Shown one piece after another: positions 46,576 to 56,454 of a stretch of DNA of 64,000 nt. Position numbers and translations under genes: made by a program. Source of the DNA: Cyanobacteriota bacterium (GTDB lineage: Bacteria > Cyanobacteriota > Cyanobacteriia > Cyanobacteriales > Nostocaceae); contig JBJOKS010000027.1 in the NCBI GenBank assembly GCA_046045965.1, positions 9,035-73,034 on the forward strand. The letters run 5' to 3'. Position 1 is the first letter of the stretch. Every line of letters starts with the position of its first letter. The notes beneath the pieces are model-generated. The model worked only from the letters and a program-made list of their open reading frames with translations. It had not been told where the DNA came from and searched no databases.

Positions 46576-46803
46576 TCCAATGTGCAAATATCGTTAACCA
46601 AACTGCCCCCAAATCCCCTTTTTAAGGGGTTCTAATTTTTCTCACTACTTCTTTTACTTGGTCATACGGTTTATTTAATCAAAAACGTTCGCGTAGCGTG
46701 CCGTAAGGCATACCGCAGAGGCGCAGAGAACGCAGAGAAAAGAAGATAATATAAGTTATCTGTGTTATTTGGGGGGATGTAGTGAGGTTTATTAAAGCTA
46801 TTT

Positions 46804-47259
46804 TTATATGATTTTTAAGGAATCTAATCTTCCTAAAACTGCCATATCTTCTGCATCTAATTCTATGGGTATTCCACTGCGAATTAGTTCTGAAAAATCT
46901 TCATTAGGAACCATAATTGTGAGTGCATAAAGACGAGAATTACCAGTATTTCTAATTAAATGAGTACCTGTTGGTGGCACTAATAAACTATCTCCGGCTT
47001 TGATATTTACTTTTTTTCCATCACAAATTGCAACTCCTTCTCCTTTGAGAATAAAAAACATTTCTACTGCCCATTGATGGCGATTTGGTGGAGTTTGTCC
47101 ACCGATATCAAATATTTCTACACAACAAGTTAAGGAAGTATTTGCAGAGGTTGAATCAAAGATAATTGCTAACTTATTAGTGTCACGGGGACTAATACGG
47201 TATGCTTGATAATCTTGGGGAGATTTGATAACTGGAATTACGCAACGAGTAGTAAGCAT
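46804..47259 (-). CDS. Cupin domain protein
   Basis: NRHQWAVEMFFILKGEG ... GDSLLVPPTGTHLIRN. Confidence 0.88.
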   Translation of the reverse strand: MLTTRCVIPVIKSPQDYQAYRISPRDTNKLAIIFDSTSANTSLTCCVEIFDIGGQTPPNRHQWAVEMFFILKGEGVAICDGKKVNIKAGDSLLVPPTGTHLIRNTGNSRLYALTIMVPNEDFSELIRSGIPIELDAEDMAVLGRLDSLKII

Positions 47260-47332
47260 ATATTTGGGAATTGGTGATTGGGGACTGGGGACTGGGTAAA
47301 AACTCAAAATTCAAAATTTACTTAATTATGAA

Positions 47333-48109
47333 TTATGAATTATGAATTAATGCTGCTATAATTGCCGAAGAATCTGTAACAAAACCAAAGCATTGTTTAA
47401 CGTTGTACAAAGTTGCTAACCAACAATATTCAGGTGAAGTTGTAGCTGTACAATCTTGTACTAAAATGCAGTCATAGCCTAAAAAATTAGCATCACACAA
47501 AGTTGTTAAAACACATTGATCGGCGTTGACACCTGTAAATAATATTGTCGTTATTCCCAGGTTCTTCAGAATACTATCTAAAGGTGTATCCCAAAATCCA
47601 CTCATGCGATATTTATCAACGCGAATATCTGTCGGAAGTTGTGGTAATTCATCTACTACCGCAGCTGCCCAACTATCCTTTATGAGTACATTTGCACCGT
47701 TTTTAGGTAAAGGATCACCTAATCCTACACCTTCACCTGTGGGATTATAAACATGAAGCAAACCTGCACTAATATTGAGTAAGTCGGGACGATTTCCCCA
47801 GTTTAGCCAAATTATCGGCACATTAGCTGCCCGCAGTTGTGGTAATAAATTTTGTAAAGGTGCAATGGGTTGACGTGCGGGGGTGACATCTACACCGATA
47901 TGCGCTAACCAACCATCAGGATGACAGAAATCGTTTTGCATATCAATAATGATTATGGCGGTTTTTGCCAAATCTAGGCGTAAGGTTTTGGTTTCTGTTG
48001 ATAAAATAACGGGTTGTGGGGTTTTTTGAGGACGAGTAATGTCTGCAAAGGTTTGATTTACTCCCCAAGCATTGGGGTAAAATCCTAATGTTCGTAATGG
48101 TAAGTTCAT
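47333..48109 (-). CDS. Isochorismatase-family cysteine hydrolase (RutB/BiuH-like amidohydrolase)
   Basis: Catalytic D (IDMQND), K (DKYRMSGF), C (ADQCV). Confidence 0.88.
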   Translation of the reverse strand: MNLPLRTLGFYPNAWGVNQTFADITRPQKTPQPVILSTETKTLRLDLAKTAIIIIDMQNDFCHPDGWLAHIGVDVTPARQPIAPLQNLLPQLRAANVPIIWLNWGNRPDLLNISAGLLHVYNPTGEGVGLGDPLPKNGANVLIKDSWAAAVVDELPQLPTDIRVDKYRMSGFWDTPLDSILKNLGITTILFTGVNADQCVLTTLCDANFLGYDCILVQDCTATTSPEYCWLATLYNVKQCFGFVTDSSAIIAALIHNS

Positions 48110-48191
48110 AAATGCTAACACCCAATATCATTGCTTAATTTGTAACTTGAAATGATGTTAATTGTGCAATAACTTAATCAAGGTTAAAATC

Positions 48192-49595
48192 ATGAACTTT
48201 ACTATTCAGAAAGCTTTAATTGCTGTTACAGATGGTTACACAACTTTAGATGTACAAGTGGTAGATGGTATTATCACTGCTATTGGTGACAATTTAGATG
48301 TGATTGGTACTGCAATTGACGGTGAACATAAACTGCTGTTACCGGGTTTTTTTAATGCCCATACCCATTCTTCGGAAAAGTGGCAACGGGGAATAATTCC
48401 ACCTTTACCTTTAGAATTGTGGTTAGCGCATTTGTATGATTTCGCTCCTCTGGATACAGAACAGGTTTATCTCAGCGCCTTGGGTACGGCGGTGGAAACT
48501 TTGCTTTCTGGGGGTACGAGTGTAGTAGATCATTTGGTGTTAATTCCTGGTAAGGAGATGGAAACCATCACTACCGCAGTTCGCGCTTATCAAGAAATAG
48601 GAATTAGGGCTTTTATTGCTCCTTTAATTCAAGATGAATCTTTAACTGCTGGTATTCCAGAAGGTAAATTATTACCAAATCATGAACCTTATTTTCGTCC
48701 TACTGCGGAAACTTTAGCCATTATTGAAGAAGCTGTTATTAAGTTTCATCGTCCAGAGGAAGGGATAAATATTTTAGTTGCTCCGACGGGAATTCAATTA
48801 TGTACTGATGCTTTATTTACAGGTTGTATTGATTTAAGTAATCGTTATCATCTTTGTCGTCATTCTCATTTATTGGAAACTAAAGCCCAGGAAAAATTAG
48901 CATTTGAAAAATATGGTTGTAGTGGGGTTGAACATTTAAATAGAATTGGTTTTTTGAGCGATCGCACCAGTTTAGCTCATTGCGTTTGGTTAACTGATGC
49001 TGATATTCAAATTTTGGCAGAAACGAAATCTACTGTTGTCCATAACCCGTTAAGTAATCTGCGTTTAGGTAGCGGTATTGCTCCAATTTTAAAATATCGT
49101 CAAGCTGGGGTAAATGTAACTTTTGGTTGTGATGGTGCTTCTAGTAATGATTCTCAAGATTTATTAGAAGCAATTAAAATTGGTTCTATTTTACATAATG
49201 TCACAGACTTTGATTATCAATCATGGATCACACCACGTCAATCTGTAGAAATGGCTGCTTTAGGTGGTGCAAAAGGATTAAATATAGATGATCAACTTGG
49301 TTCTCTAACTGTTGGTAAAAAAGCAGATTTGGTTCTTTATGATTTAACCAGTTTATCCTTACTTCCTCGTACAGATCCCATTGGTTTATTAGTTTTAGGT
49401 CGCCCTGTCAGTGTTGTTAATAGTGCTTGGGTGAATGGTAAACAAATTATTGAACATGGGAAATTTACCACTATTAATGTTGATGAATTACGCCAAGAAT
49501 TATTTAACCGCAGTCAGTGGGAAACAAAGGGTAAATCGCCAACTTTAGGGCAAATTGAGCCTCATTATCGTCAGGTGATGGGTTTGTCTTCATAA
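48192..49595 (+). CDS. Metal-dependent amidohydrolase/deaminase (AtzA/TrzA/SAH-deaminase-like)
   Basis: PGFFNAHTH, HSHLLET, AHCVW, HNPLSNLRLGSG, GCDG. Confidence 0.88.
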   Translation: MNFTIQKALIAVTDGYTTLDVQVVDGIITAIGDNLDVIGTAIDGEHKLLLPGFFNAHTHSSEKWQRGIIPPLPLELWLAHLYDFAPLDTEQVYLSALGTAVETLLSGGTSVVDHLVLIPGKEMETITTAVRAYQEIGIRAFIAPLIQDESLTAGIPEGKLLPNHEPYFRPTAETLAIIEEAVIKFHRPEEGINILVAPTGIQLCTDALFTGCIDLSNRYHLCRHSHLLETKAQEKLAFEKYGCSGVEHLNRIGFLSDRTSLAHCVWLTDADIQILAETKSTVVHNPLSNLRLGSGIAPILKYRQAGVNVTFGCDGASSNDSQDLLEAIKIGSILHNVTDFDYQSWITPRQSVEMAALGGAKGLNIDDQLGSLTVGKKADLVLYDLTSLSLLPRTDPIGLLVLGRPVSVVNSAWVNGKQIIEHGKFTTINVDELRQELFNRSQWETKGKSPTLGQIEPHYRQVMGLSS

Positions 49596-49645
49596 TTTTT
49601 AGATCCCCCCAACCCCCCTTAAAAAGGGGGCTAAGAGAGCTTAGA

Positions 49646-50638
49646 TTATTGAGGTTTAAATTCTGTATATTTACCTCCTAAACCTTCAACAATTGTTTTT
49701 GTATTGGCAATTAGCATTTGCTGATAAGTCTCACCTGCTGAACCTTTTTCACCCAAACCATCTGCAAATAATTCTTGTTCGGCAACTTTAACTTTTGCTT
49801 CTTTGGCTACGGCTTGAATTAGTTTGGGGTTAATTGTTGTTTCTGCAAAAATAGTGGGTACTTTCTCTTTTTGTATCTCTTTTGCTAATGCACCTACTCG
49901 CGCTGGTGTTGGTGCTTCTTCTGTACTAATTCCTTCTAATGCTCCTTGAATTTTAATTTGGTATGCTTGGGAATAGTAACCAAAAGCATCATGAGTTGTT
50001 ACTAATTTACGTTGTGCTTCGGGAATTGTGGCAATTTGCGATTTGATCCAGGTGTCTATCTGGGTGATTTCTTGGGTTAATTTTTTGCTATTGGTAGTAT
50101 AAGTTGCGGTATTTTTAGGAGACAATTTGACTAATTCTTGGGCAATTGTTTCTGCTATTGCTATGCCATTTTGGGCATTTTGCCACACATGGGGATCAGC
50201 AACTGTTTGACCATCCTCCTGAAACTTTTGGGGGTTGGGTACTGCAATTTCATGTACTGCTACTTTGGGTGCTGGGTTGGTGGTAGCTTTAATTAATTTG
50301 ATTAAACCTGGTTCAAAGTCGTGACCACCGTAAAGAATTAATTTAGCTTGTTCAATTGCTTTGCTATCATCTGGCTTGGGTTGGTAGACGTGGGGATCTG
50401 AACCGGGATCAATTAAGCATTTCAAATCTATGGTATCTCTGGCAATTTCTTTGGTTAAGCCACAAATGACTGTGTTGGTAGCCACTACTAGGGGCTGTTG
50501 TTGCGTAGACTGGTTAACAACACTGTTTTCTACACCTGTGGGAGTGGAAGGGTTGTTTTCTGTTGCTGAACCACAGCTAATGACACCAAAGCTTAAAGCC
50601 ACGGAAGCTAGGAATTTTAATTGTGAGTTGCAAAACAT
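49646..50638 (-). CDS. znuA: Zinc-type metal ABC substrate-binding lipoprotein (ZnuA/TroA)
   Basis: Lipobox VISC; DPHVY, DPHVW, THDAF, ADGL (H-H-H-D ligand set); adjacent Zur-like box. Confidence 0.8.
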   Translation of the reverse strand: MFCNSQLKFLASVALSFGVISCGSATENNPSTPTGVENSVVNQSTQQQPLVVATNTVICGLTKEIARDTIDLKCLIDPGSDPHVYQPKPDDSKAIEQAKLILYGGHDFEPGLIKLIKATTNPAPKVAVHEIAVPNPQKFQEDGQTVADPHVWQNAQNGIAIAETIAQELVKLSPKNTATYTTNSKKLTQEITQIDTWIKSQIATIPEAQRKLVTTHDAFGYYSQAYQIKIQGALEGISTEEAPTPARVGALAKEIQKEKVPTIFAETTINPKLIQAVAKEAKVKVAEQELFADGLGEKGSAGETYQQMLIANTKTIVEGLGGKYTEFKPQ

Positions 50639-50664
50639 CGTCAATCTGATTGTTAGTGTTATAT

Positions 50665-50679
50665 TGATTATCATTATCA
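50665..50679. promoter_or_regulatory. Zur-like box TGATTATCATTATCA between divergent znuA and znuC
   Basis: One mismatch to the Anabaena 7-1-7 Zur consensus TGATAATNATTATCA. Confidence 0.8.
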
Positions 50680-50710
50680 TATAAATGGTACACTTATTGA
50701 TGTTAGATTT

Positions 50711-51433
50711 ATGTTAGAAGTTGAACATTTAGCCGTAAATTACCGGGGAGTGACGGCTGTGGAGGATGTGAGTTTTCGTTCTTTACCGGGTCAGATGGTG
50801 GGTGTAATTGGTCCTAATGGTGCGGGTAAAAGCACGATGGTAAAGGCAATTTTGGGTTTAGTACCTGTGAGTAGTGGGGTTGTGAAGTTCCGCGATCGCT
50901 CTTTAAAGAAACAATTAAATTCTGTGGCGTATGTACCACAGCGATCGCAAATTGACTGGGACTATCCTATTACTGTATGGAATGTAGTGATGATGGCCAG
51001 GACTGTACATACAGGTTGGTTTCGAGAACCTTCTAAACCATCTCAAGAAATAGTCAAAGAAGCTTTAGCAAGAGTTGGGATGTTAGAGTTGCGATCGCGT
51101 CAAATTGGCGAATTATCAGGAGGACAACAACAGCGAGTATTTTTAGCAAGGGCTTTAGCCCAACAAGCGGAATTATTATTTTTTGATGAACCGTTTGTAG
51201 GCATTGATAAAAAAACCGAAGCCATCATGTTTGATGTATTTGCAGAGTTAAAGTTACAGGGTAAAATTTTGTTGGTAGTCACCCATGATTTAGGTACGGC
51301 TTTAACCAAATGTGACCAATTATTATTATTAAATAAACAAGTTATCGCCACAGGTTCACTCACGGAAGTGATGACTGCGGATAATATTCAACGTGCCTAT
51401 GGAGATAGTGTTTTATTATTTAATAGATATTAA
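50711..51433 (+). CDS. znuC: Metal ABC transporter ATPase
   Basis: GPNGAGKST, AYVPQR, LSGGQQQR, FFDEP. Confidence 0.85.
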   Translation: MLEVEHLAVNYRGVTAVEDVSFRSLPGQMVGVIGPNGAGKSTMVKAILGLVPVSSGVVKFRDRSLKKQLNSVAYVPQRSQIDWDYPITVWNVVMMARTVHTGWFREPSKPSQEIVKEALARVGMLELRSRQIGELSGGQQQRVFLARALAQQAELLFFDEPFVGIDKKTEAIMFDVFAELKLQGKILLVVTHDLGTALTKCDQLLLLNKQVIATGSLTEVMTADNIQRAYGDSVLLFNRY

Positions 51434-51512
51434 TTAGATATTAATTATAGGGCATAGCACATAATAGATAGTAACAATTGATTAAAAGCTATGCAATATA
51501 CCCTTGATTTTA

Positions 51513-51665
51513 GAAGATATCTGAGAAGTATCAGGTTTGATCTAGATCCCCCCTTACTCCCCTTAACACGGGGGGAATAAATTTCTCAAAGTCCCCCTTT
51601 TTAAGGGGGATTTAGGGGGATCTACCAGTGCTGGATACAACACAAAAAAGTTTCCAGATATCCTC
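51513..51665. mobile_element. MITE-like element with TTA target duplication
   Basis: TTA|GAAGATATCTGAGAAG ... TTTCCAGATATCCTC|TTA; the right TTA is the stop codon of the SCO5389-family gene. Confidence 0.7.
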
Positions 51666-52055
51666 TTAACAGTCTACTAATTCAGGTGTTTGGTTGAGTA
51701 TTTGACTACGAATAGAAATGAAATCTAGATATACAGGTGAGTCTAGTATATCAGGTCTAAAAACAGCAACATTATGGCAATTTTGAAACGCTAATTTAAT
51801 GCCAAAATGACGCTCAACTGCTCCACGAATTGCATCTCCACCCATCATCCTTAATAATTGAGCGCGTGCTTGTTCACTGGGTGGGGGAACTTCATGATTA
51901 GCCCATTCTTCACCTTTTATCAGACGTTGTGCCAGACTTTCTACAATACCCCAAGCATAAGGTAATGAATGTTTGATGCTTTCGACAAACTCTTTTTCAT
52001 CAACCTTACCTGCTTTCGCTTGTTCAATGAGATGCACACTTACATTTAATGACAT
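51666..52055 (-). CDS. SCO5389-family protein
   Basis: MSLNVS..L.EQA..G.VDE..FV, SLPYAW, PPPSEQARAQLLR, HFGIKLAFQNCH, LNQTPELVDC; recalled similarity to the Streptomyces family. Confidence 0.8.
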   Translation of the reverse strand: MSLNVSVHLIEQAKAGKVDEKEFVESIKHSLPYAWGIVESLAQRLIKGEEWANHEVPPPSEQARAQLLRMMGGDAIRGAVERHFGIKLAFQNCHNVAVFRPDILDSPVYLDFISIRSQILNQTPELVDC

Positions 52056-52176
52056 TTATTTTTCCCTATTTGAATTTTATAGTCACGTTGTACTATGCAA
52101 TGAGAATATATAATTTGTCAATTTATATGCAACAATTAAATAATAAATCATTAACAAACATGGGAGATATTAGTCA

Positions 52177-53061
52177 ATGTTAAATTTGCTTTTAGAACCT
52201 TTAAGTTTTGAATTTATGCGCGGAGCAATTACCACAGCTATTCTGTTAGGTATTCTCTGCGCGGTTGTTGGTACTTATTTGATTGTGCAACGCATGGGAT
52301 TATTAGGAGATGTCATTGCTCATGCAGTTTTACCAGGATTAGCTATAGCTTTTTTCTTAGGTATTGATATTTTTTTAGGTGCATTTATATCGGGAACTAT
52401 TAGCACTTTTGTTATTGCTTGGATTCAATCTCAATCGCGGATTAAAGTTGATGCGGCAATGGCGTTAGTATTTTCAGGATTTTTAGCTTTGGGGATTATG
52501 TTAATTACCCTATTAAAAAGCAAAATAGACCTGCATCAATTTTTATTTGGCGATATCTTAGGTGTGACTACAGATGATGTCAAGCGGACGGTAATTATTA
52601 CGGTTATTGTCTTAATTTTAGTGAAACTTTTTTATAAAGAATTGCTTTTTTATACTTTTGATACCTTGGGCGCTCAGGCTAGTGGTTTACCGATTAATTT
52701 AATTCACTTTGGGTTAACTGGTGCTATCACTTTAACGATTATTGCTAGTATGCAAACTGTGGGAGTGGTTTTAGTTGTTTCTTTACTAATTGGACCGGGA
52801 ACTACAGCTTATTTATTAGTCAAAGAATTACATCAAATGATGCAATTAGGGGCGGTGATTGGAGTGATTAGCAGTGTTGCGGGAATGTATATTAGTTATT
52901 ATTTGAATGTTCCTTCAGGTGCATCTATAGTGTTGGTTGTTTCTGGATTATTTGTATTAGCATTATTTTTTAGTCCTAGTCAGGGAATTTTCACTAGACC
53001 AGAAATGGCGCAGCGTTCAGCTAAATTTTTGAATCTGTTTAAATCTGGAAATAATAAATGA
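52177..53061 (+). CDS. znuB: Metal ABC transporter permease
   Basis: LLGDVIAHAVLPG, FLFGDILGV, MQTVGVVLV. Confidence 0.85.
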   Translation: MLNLLLEPLSFEFMRGAITTAILLGILCAVVGTYLIVQRMGLLGDVIAHAVLPGLAIAFFLGIDIFLGAFISGTISTFVIAWIQSQSRIKVDAAMALVFSGFLALGIMLITLLKSKIDLHQFLFGDILGVTTDDVKRTVIITVIVLILVKLFYKELLFYTFDTLGAQASGLPINLIHFGLTGAITLTIIASMQTVGVVLVVSLLIGPGTTAYLLVKELHQMMQLGAVIGVISSVAGMYISYYLNVPSGASIVLVVSGLFVLALFFSPSQGIFTRPEMAQRSAKFLNLFKSGNNK

Positions 53062-53069
53062 GTAAGAAT

Positions 53070-53104
<35 letters not shown>

Positions 53105-53144
53105 GTAAATATTTCTCCCCATCTTCCTGTTCCCTGTTCCCTCG

Positions 53145-54218
53145 TTATCGCCGACCAAAACCTTGACCTCTGCTACATTTTGACCAGATAATTAATTCAC
53201 CGCTCTTTCCTCCAGCAGCTAATTTAGATTCATGAGGATGCCAAGAAAGGCAGGAAAATCCGTTGTTAGCACCATAAAGAACTTGCAGCAGTCGTTTACC
53301 TTGATTCCATAAACAAACGCTACCATCTTCAGAAGCAGAAGCTAATAAATGAGTATTGGGTTGAAATTGAATTGATAAAACATTACCTTCATGTCTGGGT
53401 AATACTCTACTATCCCAGTTATCAGCATCTTTTTCCCAGATGACTATCCCTTCCACACTGGAAGCAGCTAATAAAGGTGCGCCTGATTTTGTAAGTGTAT
53501 TTGACCATGCTAAATTGCGAATTTTACCAGGAAAACCGCTCATTACCCAAGGATCTGGGTTATTCCACTCCAAAACGGTGATCGAGCGATCCATGTTCCC
53601 AGAAGCAATATATTGACCATCCGCTGACCATAATATTACTAAACTGGTTGAATCAACTGGTACAAGCGAGGGATCATCATCCCAATTTTCGGACATCCAA
53701 AATTTCAGACTCTGATAACCTGCAACGGCTAAACTTTCTCCATTGGGATGCCAAGTAATATCTTGGACAGAGGATGTATCAAAATTGAGGGTGGTTTCTG
53801 TGTTACCTGTGTCTGCGTTCCATACCTGCACATAGCGACCACAGCTAAAAGCTAGTTGATTTTTGGTGGGACTCCAGGCCATGCGGTCTACCCAGGTGCG
53901 GTTATTTTCTAGAACGCTGATCAGTTCTGCTTCCTGTGACTGTAAACGCCAAATTTTCACTTGTCCATTTTGCCCACCTGCGGCTAAAAATTCTCCATCT
54001 TGGGAAAAAACAAGACTGTCTATAGATTCTCCGTTAGAAGTTTGTAAATATTTGACTAATTGCTGTTCTAGGTTATGGTATAAAATTACTTCTCCAGCGG
54101 CTGAACTGGCTGCAAGAATTTCACCTTGGGGGGACCAAGCGATCGCTGTCACGTAATCTGACAACATCCCCTCCCAAATCTGCTCAAAATCACCCTGTAT
54201 CTTTGTTTTTAAGGACAT
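53145..54218 (-). CDS. WD40 repeat protein
   Basis: Repeated IAWSP.G..LA, DG.V.IW units. Confidence 0.9.
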   Translation of the reverse strand: MSLKTKIQGDFEQIWEGMLSDYVTAIAWSPQGEILAASSAAGEVILYHNLEQQLVKYLQTSNGESIDSLVFSQDGEFLAAGGQNGQVKIWRLQSQEAELISVLENNRTWVDRMAWSPTKNQLAFSCGRYVQVWNADTGNTETTLNFDTSSVQDITWHPNGESLAVAGYQSLKFWMSENWDDDPSLVPVDSTSLVILWSADGQYIASGNMDRSITVLEWNNPDPWVMSGFPGKIRNLAWSNTLTKSGAPLLAASSVEGIVIWEKDADNWDSRVLPRHEGNVLSIQFQPNTHLLASASEDGSVCLWNQGKRLLQVLYGANNGFSCLSWHPHESKLAAGGKSGELIIWSKCSRGQGFGRR

Positions 54219-54289
54219 AATGAATATTTAGTTATATTTGTAATATTTTTTGCAATGTCTAATGATTTATTTTTACAGCCTAGCAGTAA

Positions 54290-54304
54290 TAAGAATCATT
54301 CTCA
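54290..54304. promoter_or_regulatory. Zur-like box TAAGAATCATTCTCA
   Basis: Near-palindromic 7-1-7 between divergent WD40 and nucleoside transporter genes. Confidence 0.6.
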
Positions 54305-54413
54305 TAATAGCGCAAATAGTCTCATGACACAAGATTTTCTTATATTTAGTTTTAAAGCGTTAAAAAGATTACTATTTTTATGAATGTTAATTAGGAATCA
54401 AATAGGAATCAAA

Positions 54414-55622
54414 ATGGAAAGGGTTATTTCAGCACTTGGTGTTTTAGTATTTATTGGTATATCTTATGCAATTTCTGTTAACCGTCATGCGGTGCGTTGG
54501 CGAACTGTGGCTTGGGGTTTAGGGTTAGAATTTCTTTTAGCGTTGGTAATTTTGAAAACTTCCTGGGGTTTAAATCTCTTTAAGTCTTTGGGGGATATTA
54601 TCGGTAATTTTTTAGCTTTTTCTGATGTCGGTGCTAAATTTGTCTTTGGTGAAAATTTCAAAGATCATTTATTTGCTTTTCAAGTTCTACCAACAATTAT
54701 CTTTTTCTCCGCTTTTATCGGTGTTTTATATCACTATGGCATTGTCCAGAGAATAGTTAGTAGCTTGGCTTGGGTAATGATGAAAACCATGAAAACAACT
54801 GGTTCTGAGTCTTTATCCTGTGCTGGAAATATCTTTTTAGGTCCGACAGAAGCGGCGTTAATGGTTAAGCCTTATGTAGCAAACATGACCCAATCAGAAC
54901 TATTTGCGGTGATGACTGGTGGTTTTTCTACTATTGCAGGTGGTGTACTGGGTGCTTACCTTTCTTTCGGTATTCCCTCAGAACATTTGATAGCTGCTTT
55001 TTTTATGACTGCTCCTACTTCTTTGATAGTATCAAAGTTACTCTATCCAGAAACAGAAGTATCGGAAACTGCTGGTAAAATCAGTGTGGAAACAAAGAGT
55101 AATTCTGTCAATGTCATTGATGCAGCAACCACCGGTGCGCTTGATGGTGTGAAGTTAGCGGTGAATGTGGGTGTAATGATTATTGCCTTTTTGGGTTTAC
55201 TTGCTGCTGTAAATGCGTTATTAGGATGGTTGGGTTCGCTTGTAGGTTTACCGCAATTCTCCTTAGAGTGGATGTTATCTTTTATTATGTTTCCCGTTGC
55301 TTGGTTGATGGGTATACCTTGGGCTGATTGTGGCAAAATCGGCGCTTTATTGGGTAAAAAGACGATTTTAAATGAATTTCTGGCATATTTGGATTTAGGT
55401 GAAATGATCAAGCAGCAGCAAATTTCCCAACGCGCTGCAATTATTACTACTTATGCTTTATGTAATTTTGCTAATATTGGTACAATTGGGATTACTATTG
55501 GTAGTATGACTGCTATGGCTCCTAACCGTCAACATGATTTAGCGCGGATGGGTTTTAAATCAATGATTGGGGGATTACTTGCAGGTTTTATTACTGCTGG
55601 TATTGCGGGAATGTTGATTTAA
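54414..55622 (+). CDS. NupC/CNT-family Na+/H+ nucleoside transporter
   Basis: FAFQVLPTIIFFS, GNIFLGPTEA, MTGGFSTIAGG, LNEFLAY, ALCNFAN. Confidence 0.92.
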   Translation: MERVISALGVLVFIGISYAISVNRHAVRWRTVAWGLGLEFLLALVILKTSWGLNLFKSLGDIIGNFLAFSDVGAKFVFGENFKDHLFAFQVLPTIIFFSAFIGVLYHYGIVQRIVSSLAWVMMKTMKTTGSESLSCAGNIFLGPTEAALMVKPYVANMTQSELFAVMTGGFSTIAGGVLGAYLSFGIPSEHLIAAFFMTAPTSLIVSKLLYPETEVSETAGKISVETKSNSVNVIDAATTGALDGVKLAVNVGVMIIAFLGLLAAVNALLGWLGSLVGLPQFSLEWMLSFIMFPVAWLMGIPWADCGKIGALLGKKTILNEFLAYLDLGEMIKQQQISQRAAIITTYALCNFANIGTIGITIGSMTAMAPNRQHDLARMGFKSMIGGLLAGFITAGIAGMLI

Positions 55623-56338
55623 TTTTGAAATCCCTTTCTATTCCCATAATAAACAGTTTTAAATTCCACTTTATTAGAACCAGGATTATAGATAGTATAG
55701 GTAGCTTGACCAGGAATACGTCCTACATTTCCCACCCCAATCACTTGACGGGGTGTAACAGTCATTGTTTGCGGAGAAATTTGACGATCAAGAGTGGTAA
55801 CAGCACTGGTAACAGAACCACCTTGTAACTGATATTGAAAAGTTAAACCAGAACGACCACAAAATAAATTATTTGCTTGCATTCTTGAGAGTCTATCTAA
55901 CATTTGAATCGGGGGAGTTTCTGGAGTCAGTTCCTCACTCACACCTACCGTTGAACCATGAATTAATAAACAATCTAACTCAAAAAAACCAAAGTCCAAA
56001 CTTCTCAACCATTGTACAGTTTGACGAGAAACACATTCCCAGAGCATTTCTACTGTATCACCCCCATATTTTTCCAACAAATCAGGAGCGTCCCCAGTTG
56101 GTCCCAAACCATGCAAAATAAAACATTGTTCTTCCCACCAACCTTTACAAATCATTGGTTGTAACTCACCAAGACGGGGAGACTTTACCCTTTCTACCAG
56201 TTTTTCACATTCTTTGTTTGGTCCAACTAAATCACCCAAAATATATAAAGCATCTACATAACGTTGACGCTTAATATCAGCCATCACAGCTTCATAAGCT
56301 GCTAAATTACCTTCAATTCCACTCAAAATAACCCACAT
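55619..56338 (-). CDS. Metallophosphoesterase-fold protein with degenerate metal ligands
   Basis: LSGIEGN, LGDLVG, KGWWEE, LIHGS, FCGRSG, GVGNVG. Confidence 0.85.
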   Translation of the reverse strand: MWVILSGIEGNLAAYEAVMADIKRQRYVDALYILGDLVGPNKECEKLVERVKSPRLGELQPMICKGWWEEQCFILHGLGPTGDAPDLLEKYGGDTVEMLWECVSRQTVQWLRSLDFGFFELDCLLIHGSTVGVSEELTPETPPIQMLDRLSRMQANNLFCGRSGLTFQYQLQGGSVTSAVTTLDRQISPQTMTVTPRQVIGVGNVGRIPGQATYTIYNPGSNKVEFKTVYYGNRKGFQN

Positions 56339-56454
56339 AATTTGATTTTAGATTTTAGATTTTAGGAGTCAGCAAAGAGGCAGGGGAGCAGGGAGCAGGG
56401 AGCAGGGAGCAGGGAGCAGGGAGCAGGGGGAAAAAGATTTATACCAGTCCCCAA

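Noticed and set aside
48110..48191. NtcA site in the hydrolase/deaminase divergent promoter
   Set aside because: No GTA-N8-TAC match
50639..50680. Longer znuA start (MIMIINIT...)
   Set aside because: The extension is the Zur-like box itself; ATG at 50638 gives a normal lipoprotein signal
52095..52160. Possible Zur box upstream of znuB/SCO5389 (TGAGAATATATAATT)
   Set aside because: Only a half-site matches in very AT-rich DNA
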